Below are positions 1-13,736 of a DNA stretch of 64,000 nucleotides, one piece after another. The DNA lies in assembly GCA_003344405.1 (NCBI GenBank), contig NOWV01000017.1:372001-436000 (forward strand). Reading direction: 5' to 3'. Source of the stretch: Trichoplax sp. H2 (taxonomy: Eukaryota). How positions within the stretch are numbered: position 1 is the stretch's first letter; each line of letters begins with the position of its first letter. The position numbers and the translations under genes are program-made. The notes beneath the pieces are model-generated. The model did not search any database. It was not told where the DNA came from and saw only the letters and a program-made list of their open reading frames with translations.

Positions 1-39
1 ATTCAACGTTTGAAGACGGCGGACAGATGAAGGACGCAT
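1..39 (-). CDS. Possible first coding exon of a divergent gene running off the left edge (MRPSSVRRLQTLN...)
   Basis: ATG at 39-37 with an open frame to base 1. The peptide is Arg/Ser-rich and has no acidic residues. It lies head-to-head with WDSUB1 across an ACAGT array. Only 13 codons are visible. Confidence 0.3.
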   Translation of the reverse strand, partial: MRPSSVRRLQTLN

Positions 40-309
40 GTCGACGATTGTACAATACAACTGGACTACAGAAATCGACTACAGCAGTAAGTTAGTTTCT
101 ACTAAAGGAATCGACTTTTCATTGACAAAAATGCCAGGCCAACCTTTTTACTGTTCATTTTACTATAGCTGAAGACTAGAACCGTATAACCTACTGTAGC
201 TAACCCATTTGGAGGCTACTTTTCCATTTATGATATTGAAAAATCGTTTCCTATCCCCCTCTCTCTTCTAATCGTGTCGAAGTTGCTGACCTTGTCAAGT
301 TGAGTGGCC

Positions 310-372
310 GAGTGTACAGTGTACAGTCCACAATACTGTACACATTCTCATACTGTACACTGTACAGTACAC
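310..372. repeat. ACAGT/ACTGT pentamer array upstream of WDSUB1
   Basis: gtgtacagtgtacagt...tactgtacac...tactgtacactgtacagtac, about 200 nt before the ATG at 570. Confidence 0.8.
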
Positions 373-569
373 CAATGTCCAATCGCCACAACAGGACACT
401 CACTACTAGACTAACTCCTGTTCTTGTACGCAAGCACAAGCCTCAAAACCTCATTACAAGTAAACGTTGCACTACGATCTGCGATCCCTTTTTCAAGGCT
501 TGAGCAATAATTGAAAATAATAATCGTGGTAATCGATCCACTTGCACTCTCTTGAATAGTAAAAAAGAA

Positions 570-3500
570 ATGGCTGCTGCTAATTTATTAGCTACACTGA
601 CTGCTCCGTCGGAGATCAACAGTCTAAGTTTCTCACCTGTACGTAACTTATTAGCTATTGCTTATGGGAATAAAACAGTTGGCATTTACGATGTCAATGG
701 CAAGGAGATCGGAGAAAATCCCATCTCTCCCTTAATTGGCCATACTTATGCGGTCAATACATGTTGTTTTTCATCCTTTGGTACCATGTTAGCGTCGGGC
801 GCTACAGATTATGCCGTCTGTTTATGGGATATTAAATCGGGTGGTAATATCGCTTCATTTGAAAATCATACCAATGCCATACGTAAAGTGGTCTTTTCAC
901 CCAATTCCTCCTTGTTAGCATCAGCATCAGGCGATCAAACCATCAAAGTTTGGGAAATGTCACGAAGAAAATTACTACGATCATTACAAGGCCATGATAC
1001 AACCGTTAATACGTGTTGCTTTACACCGGATAGTAATTATATTGTATCAGGTGCATTTGATGGCCATATTAAATTATGGCAAGCCTCCTCTGGCCGTTGT
1101 TTACAGACTGAGTTTGATTGCCACGATTTAGGCGTTAATGATTGCCAGTTCTCTCCTACTTTTGGATCAGCATCTGAAGGTAACTTAGACACCAATAACC
1201 TGGAACAACAGGATCAACTCGGTACAGCATAAAATTAGCTATAGTTTAGTCGCTATCTACACATACACTTCAATTCCAGTTGCTATCATAACACGATCAT
1301 TTTTGTCGATACAGACAACATCCGATAGCAGTAGAAATCCTAAAAACATGTACAGTGCGGCGGTACAATAATTGCCCAATCATTAATTTATATTGATTAA
1401 CGGATCGACCAACTTGATACGCCCATATTACTCTAAATTGATTATACTACTTTATACCCGTTTATTAATGGCATAATCTTCTTTTTAGTACAGTACAACA
1501 AAGTACTACAGTACCGGAAAAAAAATGACACAACGTTGTTGTTCGTCCTAACCCTAAATACGAAGCATAGTAATTGTGTGATGGCCATCGTCAATGAATT
1601 CATTCTCATATAAATGAAAGTTGGCAAATATGCCTACGATAGACGAATACATTGCTCGATGATCCATCAATCAATCAAATACAATACAGTATACTACTCA
1701 CTGTGTACTACGGCATATCCAAGTAGATTACATATGTAGAAATTCGACTTAAAGAGCAGCTAGAAAGTGTAGTAAAATTTCTATTCATCAACGATACATT
1801 AAATCCTACGTACTCTAAACTATCTTATATTATATTCCATTTTAAGAGCCATAATACGTAATCAATATACTCTTGACAAACAATTGCGTTATATTATTGA
1901 TGGATTCGTGTTTGTTTTGATTTAATGATGGAATAGCAGCCAGTATTACAAGATCAATCTCTTTAATAGTAACTTGAAGTTGTCTACCATTCCTTATTCA
2001 TTAAATAAAAACAGCTATATATGTCCTGATTACTCCTATACAGCTCCACAGATATACTGTATTGTACATCTGGCAATAAAATAGAATTAAATGCACTGTA
2101 TTATTGATCAAAACATGTGATATACGTACTATTGTAAGAGAATGTACAGTAGTATTGTATATATATTATTACGCCATCAATATGACATGTTCGTATTATG
2201 TATACTGTATATCAATGATAGAATGGTTATACCAAGACTGCTATATATACGCATATTGCATTTCATTTTCTTGGTTAAAAGATTAACTTGCTACAATATT
2301 GCTTACAATATTTAAAAGACTGTAAGAAAAATTGTTAGGTACAAAATCTTACCTGTATTCGGATATTTTCTCCTATATTTCTATTAGCTTATCAAGAAAA
2401 CCTCAAGACAATAAATGGAACCATTCACTATCTTCTAGCGACTTGCGGTTCTGATATGTTTGTAAAATTATGGGATGTTTATATAGACCGGCAAGGTAAC
2501 TGATATTATTATAATAATATTAAAGTTATGTTGTATGACTTCACCAATTCAAGATTATATAATCGCTACGATTTTACTGCCTAGAATTTTGGCAACATTA
2601 ACTTTCTATAGCCGATATGTACTTTAGAATGTTATATATCTTACAAGAAAGGAATGATACCCTATCTCAAAATAAATAATAACAAACTATCATTTTATTT
2701 ACGTCCTGTGTTCTTACAGCTGATACTTATAATATCACTAAAAGGGGCGACTTATCCGGTCATCAGGTATGATATCTGATTTGATACTTAGGAATAAACT
2801 AAAAATTGAATCAGCTTTGTTTATGTTTTTTAATATAGTGTCAGAATTAGTTTCTCTAGGATATATTGATATATCTGTTATAGTTTAAGATAATTAATTA
2901 AAGATTTTCTTAGATTGCTTTTAAAAAGTTTTCTGTTATGTATACATTATGGATACAAGTATAATAAATTTTTAACAATTATTCTAACTTTATTTGAAAT
3001 CTTAGCTTCATGTAACGATTTTATAAATTTTTCTACATCATCACTTAGTCAACAGTCTGGTGCGCCATATTTTCTCCAAATGGTAAATTATTGGCATCAG
3101 GGTTAGTATTTTCATAAAACTGTATATTGGCAACTTGGACAAAAATCTTGGTATAATTTTATATTATAGTAGTAAACAATATTAATTGATACAGAACCTT
3201 CTAATGCAATTTTTTTACTATAGATCCGGAGATAGATCGGTCATTATTTGGAATCCGGTAAGAAAATCATCCATGATTAGCGACTATATGTAAATGGCTA
3301 ATTTACAATTTGTGGATATTTCCGATTAAATTTCAAATGTTTACAGTATTGCTATTTTTATCAAGAAAGTAGTAGTTAATCCATCTATCAACTTTTATTG
3401 CTACGCTTATGTTTTTCCTTCCATCTACATTAACATAATTATAAAATGTATTGTCAGAGGAGTATGATATGTCATTCTGTACTGTATAACCACCTGACTA

Positions 3501-4617
3501 ATCAAAGTCTCGTAAACTGATATAACTTTAGCTCCATGGTGAAGCTCTACAGAAATTAACCGCACATACTAGGTAAAGATTTCCTTTACTATCATATATA
3601 CGTACATCGGCACTATTTACAGATACGTGTATTTTAATCACATTTAAAATATCACTATCGCAATCGTATAATTCACAATAATACAATTTCTTTAGTTTTG
3701 TTACCTCCTGTGCATTCTCTATGGATAATTCTATCCTTGTAACTGGTTCGAACGATCGAACCCTCAAAATTTGGCAGATAAATATACATCAAGGTAACGA
3801 TATATGGTCAAGCTTAATAGAAAAAAATGCTTTAAATTGCCTTCTTAATTGTTAAAGAAAGAGCCTAAATTCAGTCTTTACTTCTTTAAGAATCAAATTC
3901 TATACGAAGTCAACAAGCAAATGATGGAAAGTCGAAAGCAATCGCCTCGGTATGTTGCTGCTTCTGTGGAACATGTTACGATAATCTGGGTACTAAATTA
4001 GTTCTGATCATGTAATTTTTCAGTTACAAGCCATGACCCTTGACGACACTTGCAATTGGCTAAAAACAATCGGAATGGAAAGATATGAAAAACAATTCCG
4101 CCATCATCAAATCAGTGGGTCTATTTTACCAACACTAACATCAATTTCCCTTATGCGCGATCTCAGTATTGAACCTCTCGGACATCGTAATCAAATTCTA
4201 AGAGCAATTCAAGAATTAAAGGATCGCTTAGGTTACTATCTGGGCTGCCTAGACTTTTATACAGCACATATAATTAATTTAATCTAAATTTTTCTCTATC
4301 CAGATAATTCAATTCCTGATGAATTCCTTTGCCCTATTTCCAGAGAAGTGATGACAGATCCTGTGGTTGCATCAGGTCGTATTAAATCAGTTGATATAAT
4401 AGCTACTACAGTATCATAGATTATTAATGGCAACTCATGTTAACCCTTTACCATAGACGGTTACTCATATCAGAGGCAAGCTATCGAATCTTGGCTGAAT
4501 GGAGGTAATCGTTTAACAAGCCCAATGACTAATGCTCCACTGAATGCATCTCTTTTAATTCCTAACAAAACTCTAAAATCTCTTATTCAAAAACATCTTG
4601 ACGGTGATAGAAGTTAA
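570..4617 (+). CDS. WDSUB1: WD repeat, SAM and U-box domain protein 1, ~503 aa, 11 exons
   Basis: Exons 570-1179, 2388-2495, 2720-2766, 3049-3101, 3224-3257, 3532-3572, 3696-3793, 3891-3948, 4002-4231, 4304-4375, 4457-4617; all GT-AG and phase-consistent. The 4002 acceptor is the least certain. WD40 repeats (GHTYAVNTCCFS), SAM (CNWLKTIGM...LGHRNQILRAI), U-box (IPDEFLCPISREVMTDPVVASDGYSY...SPMTN). Confidence 0.93.
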
Positions 4618-5631
4618 TATAACTTCAATTTAAACCGTAGTAATTGAATTAAAGTTTTCGAAAAACTAATTAAAATTTAAGAAAATGTACTTTTCCTATA
4701 ATGTACATTGCTTATTCTATGCCATATCACCACTGGAATTATGGTTATTATAATTATAGCTAATGAAAGTATTGACTTTCTCAGTTTACTGGTAAAACTT
4801 AATTGAATAGTGCACCTTTCGCGTGTATTATATGTACTGCACCGCGTGTGTATTATCGAACTCTTGATGACAACCTATGTGTATGACGCATAAGAAGCTA
4901 ACAAAGTCCTCATAAGTACTGATACAAAAAGACATTTGAACTTATTTGCAAATTTAATCGCATATAATAGACTGTGCACTAAGCATAGCTTTGCTTGTCT
5001 TAAAGTATTTCTGAAAATGAATATCTCCCTACATACGTAACGTTAAATAGATATATGGCATAACGTAATGTAATCCTCTGTTACTATTAATGGCATTGTC
5101 AGGGAAATGCATTTATAACGAGTTGTTTATAACGATATCGATGGTTTTTAATCAAATCGCAAATATCTGATTTGTAATGATTATTTTAAATATTCGTAAT
5201 TGTTAGAAATTATTTACATTTAAGAGATACTGGATTATCTAGTGCATATATTACGCTCATGCTATCATAGGTATTAAAGCTACTACCTAGGCGATGTACA
5301 AACTACTAGTCTAACTTGTGTTATATAATTTGTGTATTTCACGGCACTATTAGATATTCATAGTAACATGAGCAATAAAAAGTTACATTTTATTAACGAT
5401 ACATCTGTACTTTCAAATAGATTTCATGCCACAATATTATCAGGTTGCAACTAATATGTAGATCTTTACAATTCTTTAAAAATATTTAAATAAAGTTCAA
5501 TTCTAGACAAATTTAGATTATGCGTTTTTTCTCAACTTTGGAAACAAATAAAACAGCACAATATAAAAAGATTCATTCTTAATTATTCAGCTCTTAATAC
5601 CTTCTTAGTACTATAGTGTATTATGGACGGC

Positions 5632-8104
5632 TTATAATGGAGCTTGATGCATGTATTGCTCAACAACGCTTTTCAATGTAGAAATTACTCCTCTTGGATC
5701 CTGACTTTTTATGATAGCACTTCCCGATACTATCATATTTGCGCCAGCCTTTTAATAGTATTCATTAATTGTTATTAAAACAGGTAAGGTATGCAGACAG
5801 CGAAATTAGTACAAATCGAAATGCTTATCATTCCGTAACCGATATTAGTTGTTCGTAGTCATAAGTCATACCTTAGCGGATTGATCTATATTGGAAGGGG
5901 AGACGCCGCCATCAACACCAATATTTAAAGTTTTAAACTTAGACCTTAGAAAAGCTACCTAATATTACAGGAGCAGTTGAAGTAGTGTAAGTACACAGTA
6001 ATTAATACTTAGTACGGCTTTTAAAACGATATTTTTCATATTTACCTTTGACATCATGTCACTCATAAATTTCTGACCACCGAATCCGGGCTCAACAGTC
6101 ATAACAAGGATCATATTAGCGTGATCAATATAGGGCAAAATCGTTTCAACAGGAGTCTTAGGTTTGATAGCGATTCCAACCTATAACATAACCGTAATTT
6201 ATAGTAAATATTAATAGGTTAGTTTAGGCTACAGCCGTAACATTCAGTCAGTTACTAATACGAAATCAGCAGAACAGCACTTTAGTATTAGTAAATTAAG
6301 ATTACATTAAACTTTATACGTAAAATACAAATAATCTATTTTATTTTCTTATCATTTACAGTATTAACTACGTATATAGATATCTTGTAACACATATTTG
6401 CAAATATGCGACAAGTATACGAGCAAGATGTCAAGTTAGTTAATACGCTTACGCTCTATCGACTTTAACAGAAAATGCTTACAAAAGAATGCAAACAAAT
6501 CGTAACTGTCCGTAGTAACTTTGCATGTGATGTATACAATACACACCTAAATTTACTATAACTTTAGTGAGAGAATATTTACTATAGTTCCTTTTAAAGT
6601 TATATTAATCTTTATCTATTTATTGAATATCCAATTTTAAAATAAATGAGTCATAATTATATGTATCAATATATATTTCGAATTAAGATCCACTAGACAG
6701 TGATACCCTTACCTTCATTCCAGTTTTTTTGATAGAATCAATAAGTTCTAGAGGATTATCTGAGATTCATTTTCAATAGGGTATAAAATAGATGAAGTTA
6801 GCGTAGTTATAGAAATATAACGATAACAAATGAAGATTTATGAATGTTGTGTCGTTATACAAAACTGAGGTTACTGTAGATACGATAATTAACAAAGTAA
6901 TTTAAGGTTCAAGTATCAAACCTGTAGCTTCAATATGAAAGGTATATTGCTGAACACCAGCATCAGCCATGGGTTTAACCCACTACAAATATAATATAGC
7001 GAATGAAAATTTTATATCTATTTTGAGGGGTATCATTAAAATGTACGTTGATTTATCTAGATTAAATTTCTTCGGATTAGATATTACGTACAGAAAAATT
7101 GTCCTACGTATTTAAAAGGTAAGCTACCATCTAGTCTACAACAGTTTACCTTTTCTGGATTAGCAACCATCATATGGACATCTGTAACATGAGATTGACA
7201 TAAGTCGTATGATTAGTTGCCATTTATGCTGCCATTAATTGATACTACTAGAGGTGTACTATATTATCTTTATACTGATAGCTAATTGATTGAAATTCGG
7301 TTTATGATACTTACCAAAGAAACTTTCGACTTTCGATCTCAGGCATTCTACAACTGGATGACCAAAAGTCAAATTGGGTACGAAATGACTACAATAAGAA
7401 AGAATCATGCTTATATATCACATTAAACAATTTAAAAAGATGCAATCTCTATCGGAGACATCCAATCAGTACGGCATTAGTATAGACCAAAGTCAGCCAA
7501 AGTATACACACAGTAAATACTTTAGTCAATGCAGCAGCGTTCTGATGATGCATTACTATGGTCTACCTTGTAACTTTATTTACAGTCAGCAATCAAGCTC
7601 AAGCTTTCCAGCTCAAGTTCTCGCAAGTAGACTCTCCAACTCTTTTACTTACGAACTGCATTATCATTTGTTTTGATTCAATTTATTTACAGCATCACAA
7701 ATACAAGTACGGTAGGTATCGAATACTACTGTATCATTTGTCCATTTGTTAACCTACCAGATTTCACTAATTCGATAGCAAAACCAAAATGAAGTAAAGT
7801 ATAGTACAATGTTCAAGTGCCTTATCCAGTCAATTACTCATACTGTATATAATATAATCATCGCTCGATATTAACGATTTAAATCAAAGCATACTCTATA
7901 ACATGGCATCAATCTTTCCCTATTATGATCAACAATATAGACAAGGAATTAATCTTCTTTGCGTTGGTCTTACCCATCCATGACATCAAGATGTAAATAG
8001 TCCGCTCCACATTCTACAAGTTTCTTAGCTTCATTAGCTAATACAGACAAATCGGAATTCAGTATAGAAGGGCCAATCATTGCCGATAAGTGTGTCTGTG
8101 CCAT
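5632..8104 (-). CDS. RPE: Ribulose-phosphate 3-epimerase, 227 aa from ATG 8104, 8 exons
   Basis: Exons 8104-7974, 7388-7315, 7181-7150, 6982-6922, 6759-6713, 6180-6046, 5958-5872, 5748-5632. Motifs [60 protein letters not shown]. Confidence 0.96.
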
Positions 8105-10276
8105 GATTTGATTACTATAAGATGCTAATCTTGGAATAGATTGGATGGTGAATAAAGGAGAGGAAGGATTATTTCTGCAGCAGGCAGCCAGTTGGCGGTA
8201 AGCTCTGAACATTGAGTGTAATATGGTTGGCAGGTACTCAGGTAGTCTCAGAAGTCCCTGGTTGGTATGGTGGATTACGGGTATATCCACATCCTCATTC
8301 ATAATTCCTGGCACAATAGTACAGTATGAGTAATGTCTTTTAGCTGAAGATTCATATATCGTAACGGACAGTCCCATTACCAGACTATCGTGGCTGCAGT
8401 ACGAATATGATCGAAACTGGAAAAGGAGTTAATGGTTTCCAAAGTTCCTGTTGAAGGCATCCACATACCTTTTAAACAATTCTGTATAGTAGAGAGCAAA
8501 CAACTACTACAATGGCCATTATCATTAATAACTGACACTGAGTATATTGATTGCAATTTTGCTGAATTGATTGAAAGAGAACTGCAACCAGCGAAGAGGC
8601 AGACCGCGCAGTAACCTCGACCTCAACTTTTACTGTAGTACAGGCACATAAGTAGGTGCATCGTCTTACCGGCTACTAATCGATGCATATTCATATGTAA
8701 TTGTGAGGTATAGTCCCCCAAATAGATCTTGTTATCATTGGCAGAAGATCTACTGATCAATACCAGGGACTTTTAAGTTTTAATTAAGAGAAAACCTTAT
8801 CGATACAGACTCTTGGATAGTTGTGTAGTTGCAACGTGTAAAACTCGCAATCATTATTACGCATAGATCATATTCGTAGAGTAGATCCTATTGTTGCTAG
8901 CTCTTACTAGAAGAACTACCGATCAATGCACACTCTGATATGATTATAGAACATAACCCAAACCAGATCACGTTTATTAATATACTGTACAGTGTACAGT
9001 ATATGCATACACGAACATAAACCTACAAATAGTAGACCTTCCTGTCACTACAGCGATAGATAATCCTTGGTAGAATAACGAACTCGTGTGATAAAGTAAA
9101 GTTAATAAGAAATTACAGTACAGCTATACCAAAAATTGTCTTGATGCACGTCATAACATATAATATGGCATTTAATAAAGAAAATACGGTATTGGGATAG
9201 GGCAAAAGACTTTCATTTTTGGAGGAATTAGGCTCTATATTTATATTAATTGCTAATAAAATTACTCAGAAGTTAATCTAATATTTAGATTATGGCAATG
9301 ATTTAAATTTTGCAACATCAACCATTAGAATTAGTACATTGTATCCTGACTAACTAGCCGAAAAGATCATAAATCATGATAATTCCTATTGATTAACCAT
9401 ATCTATATAGTAGATCTGAATAATTTTAAGAATGAGTACCATTTGCTAGTGAATACCTTCATGATAAGTTTATTGCGGGAGGCATCAATGTTGAATACAC
9501 TTATAATTAATTAATTATATCACAGAAAATGATATTTCAGTGAGACAGAAATTAAATGATCAGTTCGACTTGCGACAAATGGAATAACTTGAGTAATAAT
9601 TACCGAAAATGGCTACAGTATTTTTCAGGCATTTATAATTCAAAAAAGAATAGCCTTTACATAATAAAATACATTGATCACAAATTTCTTAGCAGAATAC
9701 AATATTCACTTTAAAGTATAAATTTTTTCTATATACATCGAAATAAATTTCCTCATAATTACAATTATACAGATGATATATATATATATACATACGAGTA
9801 TGCATTGTATATACATTCGTGCCCATCCGGAGATTGTTAGAAAAAGGAAATGTTACTCATGTACCGTATACATATTTGGCAATAACAGCACATTACAGTA
9901 CCTAATATCCAGTATAAAAAGCTCAGTAAATTACGGACTACAGTTATTATCTAGGCTCTAAAAGAACATCCGTATCAGCATAGGACTCATGTAGTGCAAT
10001 ATACTAATGTACTGTTCTGTTTATTTCTACCGCAGAACAAATATCGACTTTACAAATTATGACAATATGGCATAATCACGAGCTTTCACGGTATTTTTAT
10101 ATAGAATAATAATATACAAAACTTTCATTAATTTACAACGCAACTGCTAAAGAGCAACTCGCTTGCAATTACTGCTATCACGTAACAAATTATGAATCAG
10201 TAGTTGTACGATGAAATACACTTTAAAAATCATCGCCTGATATATTGTAAGGCTTCAATGGACATTGCCCAAATAA

Positions 10277-11970
10277 CTATATTGACTTCTTTCCAGATGT
10301 TTCTTTTAGCTTAGTTGCAACTTTCATCCATAGCTCATCGTGATAGTTTGAATTCAAATAGCAATCCATTTCACCGTCTAGCACCTATAATTTAATCCCA
10401 TAAGCAATCTTAGAGCGATCTTTTATAAATTTTAATTCATCTCTGATATGACATACCAGCACCGACGAGCAACCATGATAAAGTTGGTTTTCACCATTAC
10501 CTAACCAGGACTCGTAACATTCGTGTATATCATTCAAGTAATCCTATCCGTTTCGATCAAATTTAAGTTGGTAGAGAAAATATTAGGTAATTGAATATAT
10601 TTCATTCTTTCCAGACGATAAAATTCAGTTATCCTTACCAGAGAAACAGTTTCTTCCTCTTTTCGTCCTCTTGCCTTCAACCTACTATAGCATACCTCAG
10701 GAGTAGCTCTAAGGTAAACTATTTTTCAATATCAAAGATATAATTTAGACTTTGGTTAGGGCCTAAAAGCAAATCAAAAATCTTCAATCTCCAATATCCC
10801 CTTATTTATGTAGCTTTTCCTTACCAATCAAATCTAATTTGGGTTTACAATTTTGCATTAGGAAATCGAACCACTCTACATAACACTTGTATTCCATGTT
10901 GTTCAGTAGTCCGCTACAAAATGTTTTCATTACATATGTGTTACATCCATGACAATTTAATTGATTTCCAGTAATAACGACTCACCTTTTATATAAATTT
11001 TCAACAAAGCAGTAGCGAGCGCTATAGGCGGAGCGTTCTAGTACGCAGAAAGGTACTTGCTAACAATTAGGAATTACTTATTAGGAGGATGCATGAATTT
11101 TTCTTGGTAACAATCTGCGTATTTTAGCATTTACTAACCTGCTTGGCATTATGGACATCCATCATAGTCAAGAGCACATAATTTTGAAACAGATATCCCC
11201 ATCGAGCAGGATCTTCATACATTTTATGCTTAAAAATATGAATAGATATACACAATTAACGTAAATATTTATTAATGGCAACAACGAAATAATGAATATT
11301 AAATCTTTTTCCAATATTATTACCGACAAATATGATATTTAAATTTAAGTAATGTCATCAGAAATATCTTACAATTAAATTATCTCCTCCAAGATCTTGC
11401 CATTTCTCTAGAGGTTCCGCTAAAACCTAGAGTTCATAGTTGAGAGTGAGCTTCACTATTTGTATTACATGTTTGGAAAGAGCTCATTCATATGGATATA
11501 ATAGTAACTATAGAAACTACTTCACTATAATTAAATTATTTAAATACCTCAACTTGAGGGTTACTCTCCAACCGTTTCAAAAAGGTGGATTTCCCACTAG
11601 CAATATTTCCTTCTACAGCAATCTGTTATATGATTTAAACATGTGGTTATTATATATAATCTTGGGATCTGACCTAGGTTGAAACATTGTGGACTGCAGT
11701 AATGCTGTAGCACTTTTAATTAAATAAAAACTGAAAGGTAATATAATAAAATATTACCTTGAATTTTCTACCTTCGCTGCTGCTAGGTCGCTTTATGGGT
11801 TCTGTATTGGTATAATTATTAGAAACGTCAGCGAGTGGCTCTCTTTTGCTTCTAACCAACATTTTGGCATTCATATGATTATGATGAATTTGATAGTTGG
11901 TTTGCAAAACCAGTGAGCGTTTGAAGATTTTCAATCTAGATAGAATAAGGAATGATTTACTGCATACCAT
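10277..11970 (-). CDS. TK2: Deoxyribonucleoside kinase, TK2/Drosophila dNK-like, ~289 aa, 9 exons, with presequence-like N-terminus
   Basis: Exons 11970-11758, 11622-11548, 11426-11373, 11228-11139, 11059-10986, 10913-10825, 10718-10639, 10543-10457, 10384-10277. P-loop [39 protein letters not shown], lid [10 protein letters not shown]. Confidence 0.88.
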
Positions 11971-13736
11971 CACAGTAATGTCGATGCAATTTTACATTCC
12001 AATTGACATGGATAACGTAATAAGGTTATAAGAATATTTCGGTTATACGGTGATCGAAATTTATGATGTGATTTTTTTAATTATTTGTTCGCCATTCTAT
12101 AATACTATCGAAGTAGTAACGTATCGTACTGCTGTTCCTACGGTAGTAATAGAATATTTTACATGGAGATACAAGAGTATTAATGATTTATTGGCACATG
12201 GGTACACCGTACACGTACGTAGGCGCTATTGCAAAAATTTAAATTCCTTTCGTCAAATGTTTATTTGACTTTGCACCGATCAACTTTAAGAAAATGGAGC
12301 ATCAGCGTCATTTAACGTGACTATACTGCTGGACACATGTTGCAATCGTTCAAAACTCATGACACCTCAAAAAAGGCAGCTGGGAACCAATCATAGACTA
12401 TAAGGTGTAATTTTCAACTGCTGAATACTAGTTTACCGTATTGTGCATGCTGCGCATAGCTGCAAGTCAAATGGTAAATAAACGACTCTATTTTCTTGAC
12501 CTTCAATTTTATACATGTAGCAATTCGATTAGGATTTGATCTAGTTTCATTCTATACCATAATCAGCTTGTAACTTTAAAAAAAGCTAAGCTTGATACGA
12601 TTTTTAAAATCACAAACTACTCCCCTTTGGATGATACGAGAATTATTTACTGAATATTCACGTTGAAATTGCTGTACTATTTGCATATTCTAGCTAATTT
12701 ATACAGTGCTAGGAAGGCAGTTTACTGTAGGGATATCGCCGGTATTTCGGGCGGCTTACATAGCTGCTATTGAGAGAAAAAACTGAAATACAGCTCCATG
12801 TTTTTGTTCACAGATCCAAGTAGCACTATTATCATCTATTTCTACTTTCAGTTATCCCATACCTTAGACTAGCACTTTTGTCTATACTGTGCATACATGT
12901 TACCAGTCTGTCAATTCTGCTCACTAAAACAAGTCGATTGACTTTGGCGGTTGATTTCATTTAGCAAGAGCTCAACCCAAATTGCCTTTACGATATTTCT
13001 CGTCTCATTTTTACTTCTCTACTACACTAATCCAATCTGTTATAGATCACTCTAGCTAAAAATAAATTTATTTTACCCTACTCTATAACCAAGAACACTT
13101 ATCCATCGGCAAAATCAACATCGCCTAGCTAAACATACCTTAGAGAGCAAAGGCGGTAAAATGCCAAGATTCACTCTTTTTTTTTTCACTTTGCAATCAA
13201 TGACCAATACAACCAGTTCTTGACGGTTGTAAATTGAATTTTTCCTTGCGAAAGGAGGAATAGCATAGACCCAAACACTGCTTTTCAGGTGAAAATTTTC
13301 GAATTTACCTGACTAAAATAGCAGAAAGAGCTGAAATAATATCCTAAGAAATGGAGAGAAAATTTTTCTTCACTGGACATTCATTGAAAGGCAATTACAG
13401 TAAACTGACAGTCAGCCTATTAAAAGAGTATTTACATTTCACTCATGGGAGCGAACTTGTATAGACATGTATGAGAAGATTGGGGGCAGTCGATGTTTAT
13501 TTTTAGAAGAGGGAGGACTATGGACTGTCGTTGGTTGATACTGTAGCCTGTAATGTGTTGTGGTGAATTGGATAGTACAGTGTCGGATACTAGACGAGTG
13601 AACAACGTGCCATTGTTTCAATCTTAGTACTGTAGTGGAATACTTCAAAGGTACTCTACAATTCATATTAGTAACTATAGGGCACGTGACACATCCATAC
13701 CCTACAATACTATGTATTCTAATTTAGCTCATTGGA

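Noticed and set aside
251..503. Short ORFs 251-439 (-) and 300-503 (+), and similar ORFs at 46217-46628, 46959-47210, 52351-52608 and 62381-62578
   Set aside because: They are translations of ACAGT arrays (YSTVQ/CTVLY-type periodic peptides) with no family motifs.
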